Numbered from the stretch's first letter, positions 9,037 to 19,887 are shown. The stretch is 64,000 bases of DNA from Chthoniobacterales bacterium (GCA_038207335.1 JBBQZX010000031.1:1-64000), one strand, 5' to 3'. Made by a program: numbers and translations. Notes: generated from the letters alone by a model not told the origin.

Positions 9037-10426
9037 GGTCAGGGGTGGCGGAAACGTGGGCGTTGTTTTTGAGCTCTTTGAGCCTGCGATGAAGCGTGCG
9101 GCGGCTGATGCCGAGCTTCTTCGCGGCCTGCGTCACATTGCCGCGAGTCTCGTCGAGAGCCTGCAACATGAGATGGTGCTCGTTGGCGTGCAAATCCAAT
9201 TGCCGCTCGCGGACTTGCGCGTAGCGCGGGGCGGGCAGCGCGAGCATGGCGCTGCCGGTGCGGATGCTAATCGGCAGGTCGCGCAGCGTGATTTTCTCGC
9301 CGGTTGCCATGACGACTCCGTGCTCAATCGCGGTGCGCAGTTCGCGGACATTTCCCGGCCAGTCGTAGCTTAAGATTCCCTGCATTGCCTCGCTCGTGAG
9401 CTCCTTGCGCTGCTTGCCGTTTTCCTCCGCGAAGCTTTTTAAAAACGCGGCGACGAGCAGCGGGATGTCCTCTTTTCTCACGCGGAGCGGCGGCATCGTG
9501 ATCGGCACGACGCTGAGACGAAAGAACAGGTCGTCGCGAAATTTCCCCTCGCTCACGAGCTTCGCCAAATCCTTGTTCGTCGCGGTCACGAGCCGCACAT
9601 CGACCTTGATCGACGCGTTACCGCCGACGCGCTCGAATGCCCGCTCCTCGCCGAGCACACGCAGCAGTTTCACCTGCGTCGCCATGTCGATCTCGCCGAT
9701 TTCATCGAGGAAAACGGTGCCGCCATTCGCCTGCTCGAAGCGTCCGATGCGCCGCTCGACCGCGCCGGTAAAAGCCCCGCGCTCATGCCCGAAAAGCTCG
9801 CTCTCCAGCAGCGTCGGCGACAGCGCCGCGCAATGCACCGCGACGAATTTCTGCTTCGGCCGCCCGCTCAACGAGTGAAGCGCCTGCGCGACGAGTTCCT
9901 TGCCGGTGCCACTCTCGCCCTGGATCAAAATCGTGGCCCGCGTCGGTGCCACCTGCTTGATCGTGTCGAAGACTTCCTCCATCACGCCGGACGCGCCGAT
10001 GAGCCGCTCGAGGCCGAATTTTTTCTCCACGACCTTCTTCAATTCGACCACCTCTTTTTCCGTGTCGCGGCTCCGCAAGGCTCGTGCAATCAGGATTTGC
10101 AGCTTGTCGATGTTGATCGGCTTCGGGACGAAATCGTATGCCCCGCGCTTCATTGCCTCGACCGCGGCATCGACCGATCCGTAGGCCGTCATCATCATCA
10201 CGATCGGCGGATGCGGCAGCGCGAGCACGCGGTCGATGAGCTTCATCCCGTCCTCGCCGCCGAGTCGCAGATCTGTGAGCACCAGGTCGATCGTGTCGGC
10301 TTCGAGGGTGTTCAGCGCGCCCTGAATGTCCGCCGCGACATACACCTCAAAGTCGTCCTCGAGCGACGCGCGCAGACCCTCGCGGGTGTGCTTTTCGTCA
10401 TCGACGATGAGGATGGTCGGGTTCAT
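9026..10426 (-). CDS. Sigma54-dependent response regulator (NtrC family: receiver + AAA+ + HTH)
   Basis: ILIVDDE receiver; GESGTGKE, ESELFGHERGAFTGA, FLDEIGE, WPGNVREL; C-terminal Fis-type HTH. Confidence 0.93.
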   Translation of the reverse strand: MNPTILIVDDEKHTREGLRASLEDDFEVYVAADIQGALNTLEADTIDLVLTDLRLGGEDGMKLIDRVLALPHPPIVMMMTAYGSVDAAVEAMKRGAYDFVPKPINIDKLQILIARALRSRDTEKEVVELKKVVEKKFGLERLIGASGVMEEVFDTIKQVAPTRATILIQGESGTGKELVAQALHSLSGRPKQKFVAVHCAALSPTLLESELFGHERGAFTGAVERRIGRFEQANGGTVFLDEIGEIDMATQVKLLRVLGEERAFERVGGNASIKVDVRLVTATNKDLAKLVSEGKFRDDLFFRLSVVPITMPPLRVRKEDIPLLVAAFLKSFAEENGKQRKELTSEAMQGILSYDWPGNVRELRTAIEHGVVMATGEKITLRDLPISIRTGSAMLALPAPRYAQVRERQLDLHANEHHLMLQALDETRGNVTQAAKKLGISRRTLHRRLKELKNNAHVSATPDHAA

Positions 10427-10480
10427 TCGCGGGAAATCGGGAGCGTTGTCAGTAGTGGCGCTCCCGCGCCTTTGCAAGGC

Positions 10481-10987
<507 letters not shown>

Positions 10988-11033
10988 TTACACATCCCGC
11001 CCCTTTCCACACTCAAATCGACCGACGCCGCAC

Positions 11034-11399
11034 ATGAACAAGCTCATCGCAAACATCCAGCAGGAACAAATGAAGAAGGACGTCACGTCCTTCAATGTCG
11101 GCGACAGCGTCCGAGTCCACACGATCGTGAAGGAGGGCGAAAAAGAGCGCGTCCAGATTTTCACTGGCATCGTGATCGGCCGGAAGGGCACGCTTTTGAA
11201 CGCATCATTCACCGTGCGCCGCATCTCATACGGTGAAGGCGTCGAGCGCGTGTTTCCGATCCATTCGCCGCGTATTTCTAAAATCGAAGTCGAGACTGCC
11301 GGCACGGCGCGCCGCGCGAAGCTCAACTATCTCCGCAACCGCAAAGGCAAGTCGGCGATGGCGGTGCGCGAGAAAGTCACGGTCAAGGCGACCAAGTAA
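11034..11399 (+). CDS. rplS: 50S ribosomal protein L19
   Basis: FNVGDSVRVH..VKEGEKERVQIFTG, FTVRRISYGEGVERVFP, RRAKLNYLR. Confidence 0.97.
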   Translation: MNKLIANIQQEQMKKDVTSFNVGDSVRVHTIVKEGEKERVQIFTGIVIGRKGTLLNASFTVRRISYGEGVERVFPIHSPRISKIEVETAGTARRAKLNYLRNRKGKSAMAVREKVTVKATK

Positions 11400-11430
11400 C
11401 CGTCTGCCGCGGGGCGTTTTTCGTTCCGAA

Positions 11431-12051
11431 ATGCGTTGCAGTCTGCGCCACGAAAAAGCGTTGCGCGCGACCGGCTGCAAAGTTATCGCGGGGATCGATG
11501 AAGCTGGGCGCGGCCCGCTCGCCGGACCGGTCGTAGCGGCGATCGTCATCCTGCCAGAGAAATTTCGGCACGGCACGCTGCGCGACTCGAAGCAACTCTC
11601 CCACAAACAGCGAGAGGAGATATTCGCCGAACTCACCGCGCGTCCGAACATCGCGTGGGCTGCGGAAGTCGTGGAGGTCGAGGAAATCGACCGAATCAAC
11701 ATCCTGCGCGCGACTCACGAGGCCATGCGTCGCGTGCTGCGAAAGCTCCTCTCGCCGCCGGAGCACGTGCTCATCGACGGTCTCCCCGTCCCGCATTTCC
11801 CGCTGCCGCACACCGCGCTGGTCGATGGCGATTGCCTCAGCTACAGCATCGCTGCAGCGAGCGTCGTCGCGAAAGTGACGCGCGACCGGATCATGGTCGA
11901 AATGGACGCGCGCCATCCCGGCTACGAATTTTCCCAGCACAAAGGATATGGAACGAAGCTTCACCTCGAACGGCTAAAAACGCATGGACCCAGTCCGATT
12001 CATCGCCGCACTTTTCTCCCGGTGGCGCAGGCGCTTCTCGACTTCGCCTGA
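11431..12051 (+). CDS. rnhB: Ribonuclease HII
   Basis: AGIDEAGRGPLAGPVVAA, DSKQL, IDG, SIAAASVVAKVTRD, HKGYGT, HRRTF. Confidence 0.96.
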   Translation: MRCSLRHEKALRATGCKVIAGIDEAGRGPLAGPVVAAIVILPEKFRHGTLRDSKQLSHKQREEIFAELTARPNIAWAAEVVEVEEIDRINILRATHEAMRRVLRKLLSPPEHVLIDGLPVPHFPLPHTALVDGDCLSYSIAAASVVAKVTRDRIMVEMDARHPGYEFSQHKGYGTKLHLERLKTHGPSPIHRRTFLPVAQALLDFA

Positions 12052-12445
12052 GCCCGGCGAAAACCCCGAGCGCTGGCTCGGTCGCCGTGGCGAAGACCTC
12101 GCCGCGCGGCACCTGCGGAAGAGCGGCTACAAAATTTTGCGTCGTAACTTCCGCGCACCGCGCGGCGGCGAGGTGGACATTGTCTGCCGCGACAAAACGT
12201 GCGACACGCTCGTGTTCATCGAAGTGAAAACGCGCCGAAGTGCCGAGCACAGCGCGCCTGCCGAAGCCGTTAATCTCGCAAAGCAAAAGCTCATCGCTCG
12301 CGGCGCGCTGGCATGGCTGCGAATGCTCGACAACCCCGACATCCTGCTTCGGTTCGACATTGTTGAAGTCGTCATCGCAGACAAAACGCCCGTCTTCAAC
12401 ATCCTCCGCAACGCCTTCCCTCTCCCAGAGCCGCTGATTTATTAG
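11984..12445 (+). CDS. yraN: YraN (UPF0102) family putative endonuclease
   Basis: GRRGEDLAARHL..GYKIL.RNFR, GEVDIV, LVFIEVKTR, RFDIV; rplS-rnhB-yraN order; start uncertain (overlaps rnhB). Confidence 0.88.
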   Translation: MDPVRFIAALFSRWRRRFSTSPEPGENPERWLGRRGEDLAARHLRKSGYKILRRNFRAPRGGEVDIVCRDKTCDTLVFIEVKTRRSAEHSAPAEAVNLAKQKLIARGALAWLRMLDNPDILLRFDIVEVVIADKTPVFNILRNAFPLPEPLIY

Positions 12446-12473
12446 GCAGCTCAAGTTTACGTCTTGAGCTGCC
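12445..12473. terminator. Perfect 11-bp hairpin between convergent yraN and ppk1
   Basis: GGCAGCTCAAG-tttacgt-CTTGAGCTGCC. Confidence 0.7.
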
Positions 12474-12478
12474 GGCGT

Positions 12479-14608
12479 TTATTTGGGCCGCGGCTCGACT
12501 TTCAGGCTCACGGCGCGCTGTTTTCTCAGACGCTCTTTTCGAGGGCGTTTCGATTCGCCGAGCGCGAGAGCCATGAATTCGTTCTGACTGTTACGCGGCG
12601 TGCTTTTTGCAATCGGCGGAATCGAGTAAGTGCCGTCCGCGGCGAGCAGTGACGACTTGGTGTTGTCGGCGAGCTGCGCCGCGAGGAGTTGATTTACAAT
12701 GCGGTCGCGCAGCGCGGGATCATCGACGGGCGTGACCACCTCGACGCGCCGGAAAAAATTGCGCGGCATCCAATCCGCGCTACCGATGAAGACTTTCGGC
12801 TGTCCGCCGTTTTCAAAATAGACGATTCGCGCGTGCTCGAGGAAACGCCCGATGATCGAGCGCACCGTGATATTCTCGCTCACGCCCGGCATCTGCGGGC
12901 GCAGGCAGCAGACGCCGCGGACGATGAGGTCGATCTTCACGCCCGCCTGGGAGGCGCGATACAGCCCCTCGATCACCTCCCGATCGACGAGCGAATTCAT
13001 CTTCGCGATGATCCGCGCCGGTTGTCCGCGCGTCGCGGCAGCGGTTTCTTTTTCGATCAGCGACATCATCGCCTCGTGAACCGTGAAAGGCGCGATGAGC
13101 AGCTTTCGCGCACCTTGAAATTCGCAGATGCCGGTCAGGAGATTGAAGAGATTCGTCGCGTCTTCGCCGTAGTCCGGCTGCGTGGTGAAGAGGCTCAGGT
13201 CGGAGTAAATGCGCGCGGTGCTCGGGTTGTAATTGCCTGTGCCGATGTGGATGTACCGGCGCAAGCCGTCGTCGTCGCGCCGCACGACGAGCGTGATTTT
13301 TGCATGAACTTTGTGGTTCACGATCCCATAGACGACGTGCACGCCAGCCTCCTCGAGCTTGCGCGCCCACTGGATGTTGTTCGCCTCGTCGAAACGAGCC
13401 TTCAGCTCCGTCACGGCGGTTACCTGCTTGCCGTTGCTCACGGCCTTCATCAGCGCGCCGACGATGCGCGGATCGCCGCCGGTGCGGTAGAGCGTCTGCT
13501 TGATCGCGAGCACATTCGGGTCGCGCGCAGCGAGCTCGAGAAAATCGACGACGCTGGCGTAAGTCTCATACGGGTGATGCAGCAGCACGTCCCGCTGGCG
13601 CATGAGGCCGAATAAATCCGTCGAGTCTCGCAGCACTGCGGCGACCGGCGCGACGTATGGCTTGTCCCGCAGTTCCGGCGAATGGTCGCCCTCGTAAATC
13701 GCCATCAGCCGGATCGGATTCAACGGACCGTCGATGATGTAAAGATCGTCCTCCGACAGCTCCAGCGTCTCGAGCAGCGACTGGTAAATCTCCGGCGGGC
13801 AGGTGTCATCGACCTCGAGCCGCACCGCCGCGCCGCGACGGCGATTGTGCAGCTCTTGCTCGACCGCGCTGAGCAGATTCCCCACGTCCTCTTCGTCGAT
13901 ATAAAGCTCGCTGTTCCGCGTCACGCGAAAGTGCCACCAGCCCAGAATTTTCGTCCCTGGGAAAAGATCGCCGAGGAAATGCCCGACGATGTGCCCCATG
14001 AAAACGTAATCGAGTTCCGTCTCCTCACGCGGGAGCTTCACGAGCCGCGGCAGCACACGCGGCACCTGCACCACCGCGAGCCGCCGCTGCATCTCGCCGT
14101 TCCGCTCGATCTCAAGCTGCACGACGATGTTCAGCGATTTGTTCAGAAGCTGTGGAAAAGGGTGCGACGGGTCGATGCCGAGCGGCGTCAGGACCGGGCG
14201 GGCTTGGGCTCGGTAATATTTTTCCACCCACTCGCTGTCGGCTTTTCCCAATTTCGCGACATCGAGAAAACGAATTCCATGCTTTGCGAGCGCCGGGACG
14301 AGATCCTCGCGCCAGCAGCGAAATTGCTGATCGACCATCTCGCGCACGCGCTTCCGCAACGCGCGAAAAGTCTCCGTCGCCGTGCGCCCATCCATGCTCC
14401 GCTCGACCACGTCGCTCTCGATCTGCTGCTTGATCCCCGCAACACGGACTTCAAAAAACTCGTCGAGGTTCGAGCTCGCGATCGTGAAGAATTTCACGCG
14501 TTCCAACAGCGGATTCGCGGCGTTCAGCGCCTCGTTCAAAACGCGCTGATTGAACTCCAGCCAGCTCAGCTCGCGGCTGATGAAATGCTGTGCGGAGAAT
14601 ATCTTCAT
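12479..14608 (-). CDS. ppk1: Polyphosphate kinase 1
   Basis: RELSWLEFNQRVL, SSNLDEFFEVRVAG, LLHHPY, ELKARFDE, KVHAK, GTGNYN, GRFLEH, SADWMPRN. Confidence 0.97.
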   Translation of the reverse strand: MKIFSAQHFISRELSWLEFNQRVLNEALNAANPLLERVKFFTIASSNLDEFFEVRVAGIKQQIESDVVERSMDGRTATETFRALRKRVREMVDQQFRCWREDLVPALAKHGIRFLDVAKLGKADSEWVEKYYRAQARPVLTPLGIDPSHPFPQLLNKSLNIVVQLEIERNGEMQRRLAVVQVPRVLPRLVKLPREETELDYVFMGHIVGHFLGDLFPGTKILGWWHFRVTRNSELYIDEEDVGNLLSAVEQELHNRRRGAAVRLEVDDTCPPEIYQSLLETLELSEDDLYIIDGPLNPIRLMAIYEGDHSPELRDKPYVAPVAAVLRDSTDLFGLMRQRDVLLHHPYETYASVVDFLELAARDPNVLAIKQTLYRTGGDPRIVGALMKAVSNGKQVTAVTELKARFDEANNIQWARKLEEAGVHVVYGIVNHKVHAKITLVVRRDDDGLRRYIHIGTGNYNPSTARIYSDLSLFTTQPDYGEDATNLFNLLTGICEFQGARKLLIAPFTVHEAMMSLIEKETAAATRGQPARIIAKMNSLVDREVIEGLYRASQAGVKIDLIVRGVCCLRPQMPGVSENITVRSIIGRFLEHARIVYFENGGQPKVFIGSADWMPRNFFRRVEVVTPVDDPALRDRIVNQLLAAQLADNTKSSLLAADGTYSIPPIAKSTPRNSQNEFMALALGESKRPRKERLRKQRAVSLKVEPRPK

Positions 14609-14677
14609 TCCCCTGAAACGTATCCCCCGCCCCGCCCGCGCGCCAAGCTGCAATCGGCATCCGCAGCCGATCGCGGG

Positions 14678-14713
14678 AAAAGAGAGGGCGGACCCGCGCG
14701 GGCCCGCCCTCTC
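14678..14713 (-). terminator. Intrinsic terminator after the lipoprotein gene
   Basis: GAGAGGGCGG/CCGCCCTCTC stem followed on the minus strand by TTTT. Confidence 0.65.
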
Positions 14714-14739
14714 CCACCACCACATGAAAATCTTTCGCG

Positions 14740-15396
14740 CTACCGTATCACCGGCGAGCTGTGGACGCCGTATTTATGCGGGTCTGTGCTCATCGCCATC
14801 ATCACACGCTCTGCTGCATTGCGGAAGTCGAACGGCTCCGAACGGCCCAGACCCGGGGAGTAAATGGAGCCATCATGCCCACTGCCACGGCTGCCGCCGA
14901 CGAGATCGAACTCATAAATCACGCGACCTTTTTGCCCGAGTTTGTTCGCGTCCTTATCCGTGGAGACGTAGCCGCCACCGACTTTCGAGATCACCACATG
15001 GATCGCGACGTTCGACTTGCCGAACCCGAATTTGTCGAGCGGAACCACGCCACGCTCGTTCGGATGCCCGCCATCGACCACATCGAGCGAACCCTCCACG
15101 AGCCAGCCGACGGTCGGCACCTCATTATGTTCGATCACGCGCGACGGTGCGAGTCGCTCCAGCTCCTGCTTCAAATCATCCGCAAATTCCCGCCCCGCCA
15201 AAGATTGCCGGATTGGGCGCTCGCCGATCCCGCCGCGATGATTGCCGACATACTGCGTCGCGCCGACATCGAACGGACGAATGTAGATTGCTTCAGGGTT
15301 TGCAGCACCGCTGGCGACTTGCGTATCGGAGACATGCACCCCGGCACAGGAAGTGAGGAGAAGCGTGGCGCTGAGCGAGAAAATGAGGTTCTTCAT
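14740..15396 (-). CDS. Lipoprotein, DUF4410-like
   Basis: Signal peptide with lipobox LLTSC; IYIRPF and WLVEG....VDGG pattern recalled from DUF4410 proteins. Confidence 0.6.
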   Translation of the reverse strand: MKNLIFSLSATLLLTSCAGVHVSDTQVASGAANPEAIYIRPFDVGATQYVGNHRGGIGERPIRQSLAGREFADDLKQELERLAPSRVIEHNEVPTVGWLVEGSLDVVDGGHPNERGVVPLDKFGFGKSNVAIHVVISKVGGGYVSTDKDANKLGQKGRVIYEFDLVGGSRGSGHDGSIYSPGLGRSEPFDFRNAAERVMMAMSTDPHKYGVHSSPVIR

Positions 15397-15426
15397 AAGG
15401 ATGTTGAGAGGATTCCCCGCTCGGAA

Positions 15427-15443
15427 ATGCAAGATGCGTGCCG
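15427..15443 (-). promoter_or_regulatory. Sigma54 -24/-12 promoter for the lipoprotein gene
   Basis: Minus strand CGGCACGCATCTTGCAT: GG-N10-GC, near-consensus TGGCACG-N4-TTGCW, about 30 nt upstream of ATG 15396. Confidence 0.7.
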
Positions 15444-15543
15444 GAGGGGAATTTTGAGTTTGAAATCTTAATTTTGAATTTCAGCACTGCCCCGACCGGG
15501 CGCGCACCTTCGTTAAGTTCAGTTAAACTCAGCGGCTTTCCAC

Positions 15544-15568
15544 GGACTGCGGCACTCTGCTGCAGTCC
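15544..15568. repeat. GC-rich palindrome (REP-like or terminator) downstream of the dGTPase gene
   Basis: GGACTGCGGCA-ctc-TGCTGCAGTCC. Confidence 0.5.
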
Positions 15569-15620
15569 ACAGGCGTGTCGGCCTTTGCGCGTGCCGCTCC
15601 CAACTGGACGATCGGCAGGC

Positions 15621-17087
15621 CTACGCTCCGACTTTCGTGCCGAGGGAGATCCCGCGGACTTTTTTGTAAAGTGTGACCGCGTAGGTATCCGTCATCCCTG
15701 AGACGAAATCCAAGATCTTGAGCAGTCGCAGATATGGGTCTTTTTCGGGGCGTCGCTTGCGGCCGAGGTTCTCGTCCGGGACAAGGAGCAGGAGCTTGTG
15801 ACTGCGAGGCGATGCCCCTTTTCGCTCCGCCGCGACGTCGTTCAGGGCCGAGACGAAAATATCGAGCAAGCCGCCGAGCACCTCAAATCCAGCAGCCTCG
15901 ATTTCCACGCCGCGCGCGGTCGAATAAATAGTGTCGATCGAGCGCTTTTGAATCTTCCCCCAAGCCTTCGATCGAGCGCCCGCGTCGATCAACGGCTGAT
16001 CGAATGTCCCATCGAGCAGCCCCGACTCATTCGCGAGAAATGCATCCGCAGCATCGTCGATCGCGGCACCGATCGTCGTCGCGCGGAGGATTTGCACGCG
16101 CCGAACATCGCTGTGTGCGCGCTTCATCGATCGGGCGGGATATTTGTCCACCGGCATGAGCGCCGAGAATGCCTCGCGGACTTCTTTGTAGCGCAGATGG
16201 CCGGTGCGAAAGCCGTCCTCGAAATCGACGAGACGATAACAAATGTCGTCCGCCGCCTCGACCAGAAACGCGAGCGGATGCCTCGACCACCACGCCACAT
16301 CGAGCGACCGGGAGAGGAGCCCGCAATGCTCCGCCACGCTGGCGAAGTGCTCACGCTCGCTTTGGAAAATGCCGAATTTTTTCCCACTGGCACCGCTATA
16401 GCCGGGATCGATGATCCTGCCTACAGCAGGCGGGATCGTAACACCGAGCACCGACTCACGCGGGTATTTTGTGAATGCGCCGAGCGTCGCGTGCGTGAGT
16501 TGCAGGCCGCCTTCGTTGTCCGGCATTTGCAGGCGCGTGAGCAACCGGAAGCCCTGCGCATTTCCCTCGTATTGCCCTACATCGGCACGCTGCGCAGCCG
16601 TGAAATCCTCCGCCGCACGCGCCGCGTGTAGCGATGTCTTGAACCAATGCCGGATCGCATCTTCGCCAGAGTGCCCGAACGGCGGGTTCCCGAGATCATG
16701 TGCCAGCGCGGCTGCGGAAACGATTTCGCCGAAATCGGAGCCGTGAATTCGGTCGAGTCCATTTCGCTCCACAAGCGCCGCGCCGACTCGCGCTCCGAGC
16801 GAACGCCCGACGCTTGCGACCTCCAGCGAATGCGTGAGCCGCGTGCGGACGTAGTCGTTATCCGCGAGCGGAAAGACCTGCGTCTTGTCCTGCAGCCGGC
16901 GAAACGCGGTGGTAAATGTAATTCGATCCGAGTCGCGTCGGAACTCCGACCGCGCTGCGTCGAGCGCCCCGCGTTTGGTCTTCCCGAGCCGGTCGGCGCA
17001 GAGGAGTTGCTGCCATTTCATGCTCTCTCGCTTTTGCTGGAAACCGGTGTCGTTCGCCGCGGCGTGAAGGGTCGTCGGAGAATTCAT
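15621..17087 (-). CDS. dgt: Deoxyguanosinetriphosphate triphosphohydrolase (dGTPase, HD family)
   Basis: FRRLQDKTQVFP, RTRLTHSLEV, AHDLGNPPFGHSGE, EGNAQG, EAADDICY, DFVSGMTD.YA; alternative start 17021. Confidence 0.92.
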   Translation of the reverse strand: MNSPTTLHAAANDTGFQQKRESMKWQQLLCADRLGKTKRGALDAARSEFRRDSDRITFTTAFRRLQDKTQVFPLADNDYVRTRLTHSLEVASVGRSLGARVGAALVERNGLDRIHGSDFGEIVSAAALAHDLGNPPFGHSGEDAIRHWFKTSLHAARAAEDFTAAQRADVGQYEGNAQGFRLLTRLQMPDNEGGLQLTHATLGAFTKYPRESVLGVTIPPAVGRIIDPGYSGASGKKFGIFQSEREHFASVAEHCGLLSRSLDVAWWSRHPLAFLVEAADDICYRLVDFEDGFRTGHLRYKEVREAFSALMPVDKYPARSMKRAHSDVRRVQILRATTIGAAIDDAADAFLANESGLLDGTFDQPLIDAGARSKAWGKIQKRSIDTIYSTARGVEIEAAGFEVLGGLLDIFVSALNDVAAERKGASPRSHKLLLLVPDENLGRKRRPEKDPYLRLLKILDFVSGMTDTYAVTLYKKVRGISLGTKVGA

Positions 17088-17208
17088 TTTTTCGGAACGC
17101 AGGCGCGGGCGATGTGCTTCCGAGCATCTTCAAGTACGCGTTTTCGCGCAACTGCGTTCGAGGATTTCGTGCCGCCCGAAGACTGCGGCGCACTCATCAG
17201 TGGGGCGT

Positions 17209-19887
17209 TCAGCGGCGGCGGCGCAGGGCCAGGAAGCCGAAACCGGCGAGCAGGGAGAGCGCAGTTGCAGGCTCGGGGATCGGGACGATTTCTCCAACGG
17301 CACCGACGTATTGCGCACCGGTGATGTCGCCGGCACCGAACGGCGCGGTCCAGGTGATTCCGGCGAGTTGCGCAGCGGAGAGGCCGAGCGAATTGCTTCC
17401 AAAAAAGAGTTGGTCGGTGCCGCCGCCGGTCGCGTTACCGCTCCAGTTGGCGATCGTGAGCGTTCCGGTCCAGCCGCTGAAAAATGCGCTACTGTCGGCG
17501 AGGTGCAGCACGCTCGCGCCCGTGCCGAGATCGATCGTGGAAGTCGTGCCCGCGACGGCGGTGAGCGCGCCGAGAGTGTCGCTGAAGCCCAGCGTTTCAA
17601 AGTGCCCGTTGTTCAGCGAAAGCGTCGCGGCGTCGTTCACGACATCCGACGCGCCGAGCCGGAATGCGGTCGCCGCGCTGCCATTCACCGCGACCGCCGA
17701 TGTGGCGGAGAGCGCGCCAGACGCAGTGATCGCCCCGCCATTCACGGTAGTTGCGCCGGTGTATGCCGCCGGTGTCGAAAATGTCGCCGTTCCGCTGCCA
17801 TGCTTCGTGAAATTGATCGCTCCGGTGATCGCTCCGGAAAATGTGCTGCCGCCATTTCCCAAGCCGATGGTCAGCGTGCGGAGCGTGCCGGTCGAATTCA
17901 CGATCGCGCCCGATGCCGTCACGCCGTTCACGGTGAAATCCGAGTTCAAATCGAGCGTCCCAGCCGAGTTCACGACGAGCGGTTTACTGGTTTGCGCGCC
18001 GTTGTTGAGCAGCAGCGTCCCGCCGTTCACGACGAAGCCATTGAACGATGTCGTGGTCGCCTGATAGGTCGTGCGTCCGGGGCCGTTGATCGAGATTGTG
18101 CCGGCATTTGGCGCGTTCACTGGCCCAGCGATCGTGATGTCGCCCGAGCCCGAGATCGAGATGTCGCCGCGAAAGGTACTCGTGAGGTTGCCGTTGAGCG
18201 AGGAGCTGATCGTGACGCCCGCAGTGTTCGATGAGATCAGCGTGAGATCGGTGACGCCGCCGAGCGTCGCCGCGAGCGTGCCGCCTGTCGTCGTGATTGC
18301 GCTGTCGCCGGTGAAAAGGATGCCGCCATTCGCGATCAGATTTCCTGTGCTAAAAGTCACGTCGGTCGGTGCGCCCGTGGCGTCGATCTGCAGGCTCTGG
18401 AGCTGCTGTGGCGTGAGCGTCGCGCCGGGCGTGGAGGAGATGCGCGAGTTGTCCGTCGTAGCCGCCACGGCGTAGGCGGCTTGTTCAGCGGCGGTCAAAA
18501 GTCGCACGCCGTTTGTCGCGTCATACGTCACGAACCCCGTGCCATTTCCTCCGACCGCGGTGTCGCCGATCGCGCCTTTGATAATGCCGACGCCCGGAGT
18601 GCCCGCCGCGCCCGCGCCCGCGAGGGTCGGCGCCGTTGTGCCGAAGCGGATGTTCGCCACATTCGCCGTGCCGGGTGCCGCGGAGCCTAGCGCGGTGCCG
18701 CGAAAAAGCGCCACACCGTTATTCGTCGTGCCGCGTGTGAACGTCCCAAAATTCAAATCCGCCGAAGCGCCCGCAGCCGGCTGCGCAGTAATTTTCGTGA
18801 GCCCGGTGCCCTGCACGTAACTCGTGAATGTCTGCGCATTCGTCGCACCCGTCCCGCCTTTGAAAACGAACTCCGCCACCCCGCCGATCGTGAATCCGCC
18901 ATTCGTCCCGCTGGTCGAAACCGTCGCCGCGCTGCGGTCGAAAATCAGCGCCCCGCGGCTCACCGTCGTCGTGCCGGTGTAGGTCAGGAGAGAAGCGGCC
19001 GCGTTCACGCCGTCGAGAGTCTGCGTGCCGCTGCCGATTTTCGCAAAGCCCGTCGCGCTCGTGGCGCCAGTTCCGAAGTTATTCCCGATGCTACCCGAAT
19101 ACGTCGTCGATGTATTCAGGCCGCCTGTGGTCAGCGTCGCATTAGTGCCGCCTGAACTGCTGTTCGTGCCGATCGACGCGCCGCTGCCGCCTGCCAGCGA
19201 GCCGATCGTCTGGTTCGTGCCGCCGCCGGTTCCGTTAGATAGAAGCAGTTGACCGTTCACGGTCACCGCGGAGGTCGCCGGGAGAGAATTGGTCGTGATG
19301 ATTCGCAGCACCGTCCCCGCGCCGACCGTCGTAGCACCGGTATAGGTATTGGCGCCGCCGAGCAGGATAGAGCGGTTTGTGCTGAGACTCGTCAGCAGGT
19401 CGCCCGCGCCCGAAATACCGCCGCTGACTTGAAATGAATTCGAGGCGTGGTTGTTGATGAGTTCCAGTTTCCCATTCCCGCCGATGACGATCGGCGCTGT
19501 GATGACATCCGTAGCCCCAGCCGCCGCGTGCATGATCTGACCGTTCGTCGCGCCATTGTCAAAAATCAGCGAGCCGCCCGTGCCTGCGGCGATCGTATAG
19601 ACACTCGGGGAAGTCGGGTCGCCGATGTTCAGAACGCCGATGCGGATTTGCTGATCGAGTGTGATCGTCTGCGCGCCGGTGATGTTCGCCGTCACGTTTG
19701 CGACATCGCTGGTGGCATTCGGAAAAGCGGGACCGCCGCTCCAGCTGCCAGCGACATTCCACGCGTTTGTGCCGGCGCCGAGGCTCGGCGGATTCCATGT
19801 GAAAGTGTCCGCTTGGGCGGTGATCGCAGCCATGCCGAAGACGGCGGCGCAAGCTGCGGTGAGGCGGGAGCGGGAATTTGCTTTCAT
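17209..19887 (-). CDS. PEP-CTERM surface protein with autotransporter-associated beta-strand repeats
   Basis: Signal peptide MKANSR...AQA; repeats such as KIGSGTQTL...TYTGTTTVSRGAL; C-terminus IPEPATALSLLAGFGFLALRRRR. Confidence 0.88.
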   Translation of the reverse strand: MKANSRSRLTAACAAVFGMAAITAQADTFTWNPPSLGAGTNAWNVAGSWSGGPAFPNATSDVANVTANITGAQTITLDQQIRIGVLNIGDPTSPSVYTIAAGTGGSLIFDNGATNGQIMHAAAGATDVITAPIVIGGNGKLELINNHASNSFQVSGGISGAGDLLTSLSTNRSILLGGANTYTGATTVGAGTVLRIITTNSLPATSAVTVNGQLLLSNGTGGGTNQTIGSLAGGSGASIGTNSSSGGTNATLTTGGLNTSTTYSGSIGNNFGTGATSATGFAKIGSGTQTLDGVNAAASLLTYTGTTTVSRGALIFDRSAATVSTSGTNGGFTIGGVAEFVFKGGTGATNAQTFTSYVQGTGLTKITAQPAAGASADLNFGTFTRGTTNNGVALFRGTALGSAAPGTANVANIRFGTTAPTLAGAGAAGTPGVGIIKGAIGDTAVGGNGTGFVTYDATNGVRLLTAAEQAAYAVAATTDNSRISSTPGATLTPQQLQSLQIDATGAPTDVTFSTGNLIANGGILFTGDSAITTTGGTLAATLGGVTDLTLISSNTAGVTISSSLNGNLTSTFRGDISISGSGDITIAGPVNAPNAGTISINGPGRTTYQATTTSFNGFVVNGGTLLLNNGAQTSKPLVVNSAGTLDLNSDFTVNGVTASGAIVNSTGTLRTLTIGLGNGGSTFSGAITGAINFTKHGSGTATFSTPAAYTGATTVNGGAITASGALSATSAVAVNGSAATAFRLGASDVVNDAATLSLNNGHFETLGFSDTLGALTAVAGTTSTIDLGTGASVLHLADSSAFFSGWTGTLTIANWSGNATGGGTDQLFFGSNSLGLSAAQLAGITWTAPFGAGDITGAQYVGAVGEIVPIPEPATALSLLAGFGFLALRRRR

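Noticed and set aside
15621..17087. dGTPase as an anti-phage defence gene
   Set aside because: Housekeeping neighbourhood with no defence or mobile genes; nothing distinguishes it from ordinary Dgt.
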